64,000 bases of DNA from an uncultured delta proteobacterium (GTDB taxonomy: Bacteria; Desulfobacterota; RBG-13-43-22): assembly GCA_963716045.1 (NCBI GenBank), contig CAVQSS010000025.1:102304-166303 (forward strand), given 5' to 3'. The notes beneath the pieces were generated by a model. That model was not told the DNA's origin, searched no databases, and was given only the letters and a program-made list of their open reading frames with translations. The translations under genes were made by a program, and so were the position numbers. Shown one piece after another: positions 1 through 9,592 of the stretch (positions are counted from its first letter, which is position 1; each line of letters opens with the position of its first letter).

Positions 1-1390
1 CCCGCACCGCGGTCATGACCTCGGCCAGGCCGCTGATCCCGTAGGCTCCGTCTCCCTGGAAGGCAAAGACCGGGACCCTGGGTCGGCCGATCTTGGCCCC
101 CAGGGCGGCCCCATAGGCAAAGCCGCAGTTTCCCCAGCTCAGGGCGGCAAGGTGCTGCCGGACATCGGTAAATTTCAGATAGGCATTACACAGTGAAGAA
201 TTATTGCCGATGTCCGTGGTAACGATGGAACCCGCCGGGATGGCCCGGGCCAGCTCCCATAGAAATCTCCGGGGGTGCATCAGCCTGGCGGTGGAGGAAG
301 ATCCCTTCCTCAATTCCTCAGACCAGTCCCGCTTCTCTTTTTCCAGGTCCCGCAACCGTTTTCGATTCACTTTTATCTCCGGCTTGCCGTTCTTGAGCAG
401 CAGGATCATTTCCCGGGCGAATTCCTTCACCTCCGCCGGGCTGGCCACGTCCACCCGCCGGCTGAGTCCCAGGACCCGGGCATTCACGTCCACCTGAATC
501 AGTTTGGCCTGGTTGGGCCAGTAATCCAATCCGTACTGGGGCAGGGTGCCGAAAGGTCCCAGGCGGGTACCCAAGGCCAGCACTACATCCGCTTGGGCTA
601 ACGTCCGCATGGCCGCCTTGGAGCCGCAATAACCGATAGGTCCCACGGCCAGCGGATGGTCCCCCGGGAAAGAATCATTGTGCAGGTAGGTATTGGCCAC
701 CGGGGCGGTGAGGTACTCGGCCAGGGCCATCACTTCTTCCAGGGCGTTCCCCTGGGAGACCCCCCCTCCGGCCAGAATGACCGGAAACTTGGCCTTGTTC
801 AACAGTCGGGCGGCCGCTTCCAGGGCCTCCCTTGGACCGCTGCCCCGGGAGACGGTCAGGGAGGGGTAGATCTCATCCTCGCACAAACCGTAAAAATAAT
901 CGCGGGGGATATTCAACTGCGTGGGTCCGTTTTCCAGCTTGGCCAGGTAGAAGGCTCGGCGGGCCAGCTCGGCCATGCGTTCCGGGCGGTTGACACGCAC
1001 CTGGTAGACGGTCTGTTCCTTGAACCAGGCCATCTGATCCAGTTCCTGGAAACCGCCGGTTCCGATCCCCAGGGACCCCGTTTCCGGGGTAATGGCCACC
1101 ACCGGGGAGTGGGCCCAAAAGGCGGCGGTTATGGCCGAAACGAAATTGGCCGCCCCCGGCCCATTCTGGGCGATGCAGACCTGGGGCCGCCCGGTCACCC
1201 GGGCCAGGCCGTCGGCCGCATGGGCGGCGGCCTGTTCATGGGCCACGGAAACAAAACGAATGCCTGCCGCCGGGAACAAATCCAGGGCGTCCATGAAGGC
1301 CGAGCCCACGATCCCGAAAACCGTTTTTACTCCTTCGGCCACCAAAGTCTCGACCAGCGCCTCGCTGGGGGTCATTTTTTGCTTGGGCAT
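1..1390 (-). CDS. xsc: Sulfoacetaldehyde acetyltransferase (Xsc), TPP-dependent; C-terminal part lies beyond the window start (partial)
   Basis: Minus-strand translation from ATG 1390 gives MPKQKMTPSEALVETLVAEGVKTVFGIVGSAFMD...; long colinear similarity to Xsc (QMAWF..NIPRDY..FPVILAGGGV..GPIGYCGSKAAM..VVLALGTRLGPFGTLPQYGLDYWP). Plus-strand ORFs here are antisense artefacts. Confidence 0.8.
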   Translation of the reverse strand, partial: MPKQKMTPSEALVETLVAEGVKTVFGIVGSAFMDALDLFPAAGIRFVSVAHEQAAAHAADGLARVTGRPQVCIAQNGPGAANFVSAITAAFWAHSPVVAITPETGSLGIGTGGFQELDQMAWFKEQTVYQVRVNRPERMAELARRAFYLAKLENGPTQLNIPRDYFYGLCEDEIYPSLTVSRGSGPREALEAAARLLNKAKFPVILAGGGVSQGNALEEVMALAEYLTAPVANTYLHNDSFPGDHPLAVGPIGYCGSKAAMRTLAQADVVLALGTRLGPFGTLPQYGLDYWPNQAKLIQVDVNARVLGLSRRVDVASPAEVKEFAREMILLLKNGKPEIKVNRKRLRDLEKEKRDWSEELRKGSSSTARLMHPRRFLWELARAIPAGSIVTTDIGNNSSLCNAYLKFTDVRQHLAALSWGNCGFAYGAALGAKIGRPRVPVFAFQGDGAYGISGLAEVMTAVR

Positions 1391-1457
1391 GATTTTTAGC
1401 TCCTAAAAACTGAATTCTTGTTTTTCCATGATTTTGAACCGTCCTTGATGCTTCCGG

Positions 1458-1757
1458 CTAAGGCATCTTGAGGAGTCGTTCGCTGCGCCACACCCGGACA
1501 ATGCGGACCCGATTTTTCTCCAGATGATAAACGATACGAAATGGTGGATGAATAATCTCCCTCAAATGAGCGAGCCCAAACTCAGGGACCGTACGGCCGC
1601 TTTCGGGAAAGTCGGCCAGTCTTTCCACTTGGGCAACAACCTCCCCCAGTAATCGCTCGCCCACCTCAGGAACCTGCTGATCGGCATACCAGGCACGGAT
1701 TTCCTCAAGATCCTTGACCGCTGAGGCAGCCAAAGCGATCGAACGTTTAGGGGGCAT
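1458..1757 (-). CDS. Type II toxin, ParE/RelE family
   Basis: 99-aa ORF (MPPKRSIALAASAVKDLEEIRAWYADQ...IVRVWRSERL), typical ParE/RelE fold signature, immediately downstream of a Phd-like antitoxin with a 4-nt gap. Confidence 0.65.
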   Translation of the reverse strand: MPPKRSIALAASAVKDLEEIRAWYADQQVPEVGERLLGEVVAQVERLADFPESGRTVPEFGLAHLREIIHPPFRIVYHLEKNRVRIVRVWRSERLLKMP

Positions 1758-1761
1758 GGTT

Positions 1762-1989
1762 TCAGCTCAATCCCAGATGCTTCTTTACGCCGGCCAGATT
1801 CATTTCCCGGCCTTCTTCCAGGTCCATCAACCCCTGGACAACGCCCCGGAGAAATGCCCGTTCTTCCATTTCCGTTTCGTACTCCTCAAGGGATTGGACA
1901 ATGGCCACGCCACGTCCCCTAAGGGTCAAAAGCACTGGTCTGCGGGTTTTACCAACCTGATTGACAACCCGGCCGGGATTAACCTTCAT
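1762..1989 (-). CDS. Type II antitoxin, Phd/YefM family
   Basis: 75 aa from ATG 1989 (MKVNPGRVVNQVGKTRRPVLLTLRGRGVAIVQSLEEYETEMEERAFLRG...). The longer 191-aa ORF in the track is a spurious N-terminal extension. Confidence 0.65.
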   Translation of the reverse strand: MKVNPGRVVNQVGKTRRPVLLTLRGRGVAIVQSLEEYETEMEERAFLRGVVQGLMDLEEGREMNLAGVKKHLGLS

Positions 1990-2119
1990 ATCGCTCAACG
2001 GAACAATGTCTTCTGAAAACTTAGTGGATGGTTGGCATAGCTTCTCCCTCAGTAGTCTTTGAATGGCACTGATAATAGCACCTGTTAAAAGACCTGACAA
2101 ATAATTAATTACAAATGTT

Positions 2120-3589
<1,470 letters not shown>

Positions 3590-3688
3590 GGGGAGACCTC
3601 CTTTTTTTAAGAAAAGTAACTTTTTTACTTTTTTTTTAAAAGGCTAAAATGGTATTCTTACCCAATTTATTTTTTAAGGAGGAGCCTT

Positions 3689-3787
3689 ATGGCAAAATCA
3701 ATGGACGCCAAGAAGGACGCAAAAAAGAAGCCGGCCAAAACCGCCAAGGAGAAGAAGAAGGCCAAGCAGGAAAAAAAGAAGAAATAG
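3689..3787 (+). CDS. Small lysine-rich basic peptide (32 aa), hypothetical
   Basis: Strong SD (AAGGAGGAG) 6 nt before ATG 3689; MAKSMDAKKDAKKKPAKTAKEKKKAKQEKKKK*. An overlapping 135-aa ORF (3649..4056) in another frame has no SD. A7 runs make the true frame and stop uncertain. Confidence 0.35.
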   Translation: MAKSMDAKKDAKKKPAKTAKEKKKAKQEKKKK

Positions 3788-4123
3788 GCCTGGTCCGGCA
3801 CAGGAAAATTGCCCTTCCGCTCCCTGCCTGGGTGAGGGCCGGGAGCGGGGGGCCATTCCCGTTTCGGCACACTTTTCCCCCGTTCTTTCAAACCCTCGAA
3901 GCTACCCTGCCTTATAGTTATGTAAAAAACCTTGACCTTCCGTTATCCTTTCACCCCATAGGCGGTAAGTGGATAGACTCTGGAAGAGTCACTGAAAAGT
4001 TGAACGTCGAACATCGAACTTCCAACATCGAATGTTTAATGGAGGCTTGTTTTTGATTCGAGATTGGGCGTTCAATGTTCAATGTTCGAAGTTCATTTTA
4101 ATACGAAAATTCTGTTAGACTGA

Positions 4124-5422
4124 CTAAGACTTCTCCACGGACAGGGCCACCTTTTCCACCTTGGCCAGGTCCTTTTCGTAGAAGAAGGACCCGATAAAAA
4201 ACAGCAGGCCGGCCCAGAGGGCCGCCAGCGGCAGGAGGGTCAAGGCCGTCCGAATCCCGTAGCGATCCGAAAGCATCCCCACCGCCAGCGGGCCCAGGGC
4301 GCTGCCCAGCAGGTGCATGATGATCACGCAGAGGCTGTAGGCCGTGGCCCGTAGACCGGGATGAACCACGTCCTGGGTGACGGCAATGGCCGAGGAAGCA
4401 AAGGCGATGGCCGTGGTTCCCCCGGCCAGGAAAAGGGTAAACTGGGCCGGTCCCTGGACAAAATAAAAACCGACGATAAATATGATGCCGGTCACCGTGG
4501 AAGAGAGGGCGCTGAACAGTAACCGGGCATTGGCCTTTTTTTTCAGCCACCGGTCCGCCAGATACCCGCCCAGGGGAGACCCGAAGATGGCCATGAGCAT
4601 AATCAGGCTGCTTTTCAAGGAAGCCTTATCCATGGGCAGGCCCTGGACCCGGTTGAAATAAGAAGGCAGCCAGCTCATCAGGGCCGTGGTCAAAAAAGTA
4701 TTCCCGGAAAAGGCAAAGAAAGTCAGATACAGGGAAGGGGTCCGCGTAAATTCCCGAACGATCTCCGGCGCCGTCATTCTCCTCGGTGGTCCCGTTTGAT
4801 CCGGCCGCTTATCCGACTTGACCAGTTCGACCGTGCGATAATCCTTCACGAAGAAAAAAAGCAGGGCGATCAGCAGTCCGGGCAAAGCCACGATGCCAAA
4901 GGCCTGGCGCCAGCCGTAGCGCGTGGCGATCAGCCCGCCCAGGGCGATCCCCAGGGCGCTGCCCAGAGGAATGGAGGCATTCCAGATCCCCACGATCAGG
5001 GAACGTTTTTTTTCCGGAAACAGCGCCGAGATCATGGCCGTCCCGCCCGGGGCATAGCCGGCCTCTCCGATGCCGATGGCCGTGCGGGCCAGGAATAGCT
5101 GGGGAAAACTTTTGGCGAAGGCGCAGGCGGCCGTGGCCAGGCTCCATAAAACCGCCATGACGCCGATGCATTTTTTGCGGCTCCAACGGTCGATAAGCAG
5201 AGACACAGGAAAGGAAAAAACCAGGATGGCCCAGGAAACGGCCGAAACCAAAAGCCCGCACTGGGTATCGGTCAGGCCCCAATCCCTTTTCAGGAAGGGA
5301 AACAGGGAGACCACCACCAGGCGGTCGATGTAGTCGAACATGTAGAGGAGAAACAGCAGGGCGAAGACGTAATACGAATAGCCTTTCGATAATAAATAGC
5401 CGTCCGGTTGCCGGTCGTTCAA
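4124..5422 (-). CDS. MFS transporter
   Basis: 432 aa with about 12 predicted TM helices and MFS signature motifs (GIGEAGYAPG, loop DRWSRKK). Confidence 0.8.
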   Translation of the reverse strand: MNDRQPDGYLLSKGYSYYVFALLFLLYMFDYIDRLVVVSLFPFLKRDWGLTDTQCGLLVSAVSWAILVFSFPVSLLIDRWSRKKCIGVMAVLWSLATAACAFAKSFPQLFLARTAIGIGEAGYAPGGTAMISALFPEKKRSLIVGIWNASIPLGSALGIALGGLIATRYGWRQAFGIVALPGLLIALLFFFVKDYRTVELVKSDKRPDQTGPPRRMTAPEIVREFTRTPSLYLTFFAFSGNTFLTTALMSWLPSYFNRVQGLPMDKASLKSSLIMLMAIFGSPLGGYLADRWLKKKANARLLFSALSSTVTGIIFIVGFYFVQGPAQFTLFLAGGTTAIAFASSAIAVTQDVVHPGLRATAYSLCVIIMHLLGSALGPLAVGMLSDRYGIRTALTLLPLAALWAGLLFFIGSFFYEKDLAKVEKVALSVEKS

Positions 5423-5456
5423 GGGTTAATCCTATTTTTTAAAAATCCAGAACTCG

Positions 5457-5855
5457 TTAGGGTACCACCTCAAACCCTTGCTCCTTAAAATGGGGATCAA
5501 AGGCAAACGCCTTTCGGATCCCGGTTTCCCGCATAACCTCGAAACTCACACAATCCACGAAACTCAGCCGCCTTCTGGATGAAGAAAGCAGGGCTGCCGT
5601 TCCCAGACGATGAATTTTAGGGGAAATGAACTCCAGAGAAAGCATGGGGAAGATATCTTCCTGGAATCTTCGCACTGCTTCCATCCCGAGGCGGCTCTGC
5701 AGCAAAGCCAAGGTCTCCACCAGGATATAGTTGCTGGCTACAAGTGTAAAATTCAGATCCAGGATTCGATTCCATTCCCGTCCAGCCTTGAGGTGATGTT
5801 CATCCGTCCGATCGAGAAGGGCGTAAAAGGCGGAGGTGTCGATAAAAATCCTCAT
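5457..5855 (-). CDS. PIN-domain toxin (VapC)
   Basis: MRIFIDTSAFYALLDRTDEHH...; PIN acidic residues; overlaps the upstream RHH antitoxin by 4 nt. Confidence 0.75.
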   Translation of the reverse strand: MRIFIDTSAFYALLDRTDEHHLKAGREWNRILDLNFTLVASNYILVETLALLQSRLGMEAVRRFQEDIFPMLSLEFISPKIHRLGTAALLSSSRRRLSFVDCVSFEVMRETGIRKAFAFDPHFKEQGFEVVP

Positions 5856-6100
5856 TGTTTATAGGCCGCGTCGAGGTAGGCATCATGCTTCCTGGAAACA
5901 TCGCTTTTCCCGGAGCTGAATTTTCCGACTATTTCCCTGGCCCGTTTAACCCGTTCTTCCCGGTCCATAGCGGGACTCGAGTGAATGATACTTTCGACCG
6001 CCTGACGTATGAATTCAGCTATGGAAACGCCCCGGGCCATGGCCAACTTTTTGACCATCTTGGCCTGATCATCCGTCAATTGAATCTGTGTTCTGACCAT
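5852..6100 (-). CDS. Ribbon-helix-helix antitoxin (VapB/CopG-like)
   Basis: 82 aa, MVRTQIQLTDDQAKMVKKLAMARGVSIAEFIRQAVE...; RHH N-terminus; paired with the PIN gene. Confidence 0.65.
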   Translation of the reverse strand: MVRTQIQLTDDQAKMVKKLAMARGVSIAEFIRQAVESIIHSSPAMDREERVKRAREIVGKFSSGKSDVSRKHDAYLDAAYKQ

Positions 6101-6245
6101 AAGAACTCCATTACAGCATTTATTACATTATGATTACATTTTCCCGGCTGACTGTCAATATGGGGATCCCATTGCATTAACAATTAATAATCAATTGTCA
6201 ATAATTAATTATTAATTAACAAGGGGTTACACTTAACATTCAACA

Positions 6246-7940
6246 TCAGGCCTTATACCCCCCCAGATTGGCCAAAGCAATGCTTCCCGGGCTGATGACC
6301 GTGGGATCGGTCATGACGTTGATGCAGGCCGTCTTCCCCGAGGCAAAGGCCTCCTCCAGGGCCGGCCGGATAGCCGCGGGTTGATCCACATAAAGCCCCA
6401 GCCCGCCCAGGGCCTCCACCATTTTATGGTAATCCACCTTCCCGATAAAGGTGCCCTCCGGGATGGCCCTCCCGATCTTGATTTCCTGGCTGTGCCGGAT
6501 CATGCCCCAACCCAGGTCGTTGTTGATGACCACCACAATGGGCAATTGCTTCCGGAGGGCCGTTTCAAATTCCATGAAGTTGAAGCCCACCGACCCGTCG
6601 CCGGTAAGGAGGCAGACCCGTTTATCAGGATTCAGGAGCTGAGCGGCGTTGGCAAAGGGCAGCCCCACGGCCAGGCAGCCGAACAGGCCGTAGTCCAAGT
6701 AATGACCGGGACGACGGACCGTCCGGGTCATCCCCATCCAGGTGGTGGTATCGCCGCCGTCGGCCACGACGATGTCCTCCGCCCGGTTCATGAAGTCGTT
6801 GACCTCCCGGGCCAGCCGTAAGGGATGGATGGGGACCTGATCGCCTTCCCAGTTGGGCCGGGCCATGGCCTTGTTGTCGGATTCCGATTTCTTGAGCTCG
6901 GCGATCCAACCGGCGAATTGATTTCGCAGCCCCTCGGCCGCTCCCTGTTGATCGATCAGGCGGTTGAGTTGGGTCAGCAGCGCCCGGAGGTCACTGGCCA
7001 CCGCCAGGTCCACCGCCCGGTTGCGCCCCAGCTCTTCCCCTTGGATATCCACCTGGACCAACTTGGCCTGGGGGTTGAACACCTCCCCGAAAATATAAAA
7101 AAGGGTGATGCGGTTGCCCAAAAGAATAACCAGATCGGTATTCATAAAAGCAAAAAATCCGGCCCCGGGTCGAATGGCCAGCGAGGATTCAAAGCACAGG
7201 GGATGCGTATCCGGGACAGTCCCCCGGCCCAGCCCCGCGGTAAAGACCGGCAGGCCGGTGTTCTCGATAAACTCGGTCAGGGCCGCTTCGGCCCCGGCGT
7301 ACCAGGCCCCGCTGCCGGCAATGACCACCGGCTTCCGGGCCTGGCGGATCATTTCGATCAGCGCAGCCGCCTGCTCGGGGTCGGCCGGATGGGAATCCAC
7401 TTCGGTCCTTCTTTTTTTTGCCTGGTAGGGGTCCACGGCGCCGTTTAAAATATCAATCGGCAGCTCCAGGTAGACCGGTCCCGGCCGGCCGCTTCGAGCC
7501 GCGCGGAAAGCCAGATCGATAAACTCCGGGATCCGTTCGGTCCGCTGGCAGACCAGGGCCTTTTTGACCATGGGCTCAATTACCGGGAGCTGACGCATAT
7601 CCTGCAGATCCAGCTTCTCACAACTGTCGATCCCCACGCAGCCGGAGATCAGGACCAGGGGGGTATTGGCCAGGTAGGCGCTGGCCACGGCGGTCAAGGA
7701 ATTCGTAAAACCGGGCCCGGCAGTGACCATGGCTACCCCGGGTTTTCGGGTCAGCCGGCCGTAGGCCTCGGCCATGAAGACCGCCGCCTGTTCATGCCGC
7801 GTGTCAAACAGCCGGACGGAGGAATTTTCCAGGTACTGATAGATAGGGGTGATGTGCCCCCCGCTTAAGGTGAAAACGTACTCCACCTCTCTTTCGATTA
7901 AGGCCTCAGCAGTGAGCTGACCGCCGGAAATGGTAGGCAT
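6246..7940 (-). CDS. Thiamine-pyrophosphate enzyme, acetolactate synthase large-subunit family
   Basis: Start at ATG 7940 with GAAGGAG SD (MPTISGGQLTAEALIEREVEYVFTLSGGHITPIY...); TPP-binding motif GDGSVGFNFMEFETA...NNDLGWGM. The 21-aa N-terminal extension in the ORF track crosses the heptamer repeat and is unlikely. Confidence 0.8.
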   Translation of the reverse strand: MPTISGGQLTAEALIEREVEYVFTLSGGHITPIYQYLENSSVRLFDTRHEQAAVFMAEAYGRLTRKPGVAMVTAGPGFTNSLTAVASAYLANTPLVLISGCVGIDSCEKLDLQDMRQLPVIEPMVKKALVCQRTERIPEFIDLAFRAARSGRPGPVYLELPIDILNGAVDPYQAKKRRTEVDSHPADPEQAAALIEMIRQARKPVVIAGSGAWYAGAEAALTEFIENTGLPVFTAGLGRGTVPDTHPLCFESSLAIRPGAGFFAFMNTDLVILLGNRITLFYIFGEVFNPQAKLVQVDIQGEELGRNRAVDLAVASDLRALLTQLNRLIDQQGAAEGLRNQFAGWIAELKKSESDNKAMARPNWEGDQVPIHPLRLAREVNDFMNRAEDIVVADGGDTTTWMGMTRTVRRPGHYLDYGLFGCLAVGLPFANAAQLLNPDKRVCLLTGDGSVGFNFMEFETALRKQLPIVVVINNDLGWGMIRHSQEIKIGRAIPEGTFIGKVDYHKMVEALGGLGLYVDQPAAIRPALEEAFASGKTACINVMTDPTVISPGSIALANLGGYKA

Positions 7941-7956
7941 GGCAATGCTCCTTCTT

Positions 7957-7983
7957 GTTGCTGGTTGCTGGTTACTGGTTTTA
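7957..7983. repeat. Heptamer tandem repeat (GTTGCTG)x2-GTTACTG = (CAGCAAC)n family
   Basis: cttgttgctggttgctggttactggtttta; same family at 8367-8399, 15628-15653, 19084-19099, 21778-21797. Confidence 0.7.
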
Positions 7984-8346
7984 TTTCCAATCAGTTTCAA
8001 CAAATTTAATAAAATTATTGATCTTTCTCCCTAATTCATCATTTTCTCTGTTTAGTGATTGGTATAAATCATCATTGATGTAGCCGGCTTTATGGACAAA
8101 TTCTAAATGGAGGTTGGTTTCATCACAGGATGCAAGGGAATAGACTAAATATTTTATAAAGTCATTTTTATATTTTTTCCTTCCATAGCCTTCTACTATA
8201 CAAGCACAAACTCTTTTGGATGACCTTCTAATCTGCGACCCTTCCTCATAAAGTTCATATTGAGGAAATTTTAATGAAACCTCGTGAATTTTCATGGCCA
8301 ATTGAAAAGACAAGTTATAAATGTCTAGTTCTTTATAACTTTTCAT
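7981..8346 (-). CDS. Four-helix-bundle protein (23S rRNA intervening-sequence protein family); low-GC island gene
   Basis: 121 aa, MKSYKELDIYNLSFQLAMKIHEVSLKFPQYELYEEGSQIRRSS..SIVEGYGRKKY; the ~33% GC region is flanked on both sides by heptamer repeats. Confidence 0.7.
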   Translation of the reverse strand: MKSYKELDIYNLSFQLAMKIHEVSLKFPQYELYEEGSQIRRSSKRVCACIVEGYGRKKYKNDFIKYLVYSLASCDETNLHLEFVHKAGYINDDLYQSLNRENDELGRKINNFIKFVETDWK

Positions 8347-8366
8347 TCAGCCCTCCTTTGAATATT

Positions 8367-8399
8367 CAACCAGTAACCAGCAACCAGTAACCAGCAACT
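8367..8399. repeat. Heptamer tandem repeat (AACCAGT/AACCAGC)x4
   Basis: caaccagtaaccagcaaccagtaaccagcaactg. Confidence 0.7.
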
Positions 8400-8403
8400 G
8401 TCT

Positions 8404-9240
8404 TTAAAGTTCCATCAACTGCCCGCCGGTCACATTGACGGCCTGGCCGGTCATATAGGAGGATTCTTGGGAGGCCAGAAAGGCGACCAGATTGGCCACC
8501 TCCTCCGGCGACCCGATACGGCGCAGGGGGATGGTCTGACACATGGCTTGTTCCCGCTCCTCGCTGGTACAGGAATAGAATTGCGCTTCCAGGCCGAATC
8601 GCCATTTTTCCAGATCGGTCATTACCTGGCCGGGACAGATGGCGTTCACCCGGATATTCATACCGGCCAATTCCTGGGCCATGACTTTGGTAAGCATGAT
8701 CAACCCGGCCTTGGCCACGGCGTAGGCCCCGTTGAACAAGGGTGGGACCTTGCCGGCTCGGGAAGCGGTGTTGATGATGCTTCCCCCGTGATTCATCATC
8801 AAAGGGAGTACCGCCCGAGTCACCCGGAAGACGCTGTGCAGATTGACGTCAATGGTCTTCAGCCAATCGGCTTCGTTATAGGTATGAAACAAATTGGGGA
8901 CGCCGAAGGAGGCCCCGGCATTGTTGGCCAGCACATCAACGTGGCTGAACCGCTCTTCGATTTTTCCCATCATCCGTTGGATGGATTCATTGGCGGTCAC
9001 ATCCACTTCTACCCCCAGGGCCGCCACCCCGTATTCGTTTGCCACTTTTTGGACGAGCCCTTCCAGTTCTTCCCTGGTCCCGGTCTTAACCGGTCCGTTG
9101 ACCGCCCCTTCTCTACCCAGATCGGCCAGGATAATATTCATCCCGGAGGCAGCCAGTTTCCGGCCAATGGCATAACCGATTCCGGTCTCCTTTCCCGCTC
9201 CGGTCACCAGGGCCGTCCTGCCTTTTAAGTCGCTATACAT
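8404..9240 (-). CDS. SDR-family oxidoreductase
   Basis: TGAGKETGIGYAIGRKL (Rossmann motif) ... NNAG ... YAVAKAG (YxxxK). Confidence 0.85.
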   Translation of the reverse strand: MYSDLKGRTALVTGAGKETGIGYAIGRKLAASGMNIILADLGREGAVNGPVKTGTREELEGLVQKVANEYGVAALGVEVDVTANESIQRMMGKIEERFSHVDVLANNAGASFGVPNLFHTYNEADWLKTIDVNLHSVFRVTRAVLPLMMNHGGSIINTASRAGKVPPLFNGAYAVAKAGLIMLTKVMAQELAGMNIRVNAICPGQVMTDLEKWRFGLEAQFYSCTSEEREQAMCQTIPLRRIGSPEEVANLVAFLASQESSYMTGQAVNVTGGQLMEL

Positions 9241-9378
9241 GCCTTCCTCCCTTTTCGATCACCGAAACAACTTCTCTTTCCCTTTTCTTAAATCAAAAAA
9301 GCCTATCGGTGTCAACGAAAGAAAATGCCGCTGCGCGTATAATACAAATGATCTCAAAACAGCATCAACATCATAGAA

Positions 9379-9463
9379 CGTCATTCCCGCAGCGCTTCTG
9401 TGCGGGAATCCCGGCTTTTCTCTGGGAACATTGGATCCCCGATAAAGCCATTCGGGGATGACG
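9379..9463 (+). repeat. REP-like double-hairpin intergenic element (family A)
   Basis: cgtcattcccgcagcgcttctgtgcgggaatcc...ggatccccgataaagccattcggggatgacg. Confidence 0.8.
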
Positions 9464-9592
9464 AGAAGACCACCTGTAAATACCATTAGGGGACTGATGA
9501 CAAATATTATTGCTATTTATGCTACGGCGGTTCATTGCATTCCATTTCCCCTTTGTGCTACACTAATCCAATTTTGCAAGGAGCGGAACCTT

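Noticed and set aside
656-1399. 247-aa plus-strand ORF
   Set aside because: Antisense to Xsc; Gly/Pro/His-rich composition typical of reverse-frame artefacts in high-GC DNA.
3649-4056. 135-aa ORF overlapping the Lys-rich micro-ORF
   Set aside because: Start lacks SD and its coding region includes the SD of the better-supported ATG 3689. Kept only as an alternative if homopolymer errors have shifted the frame.
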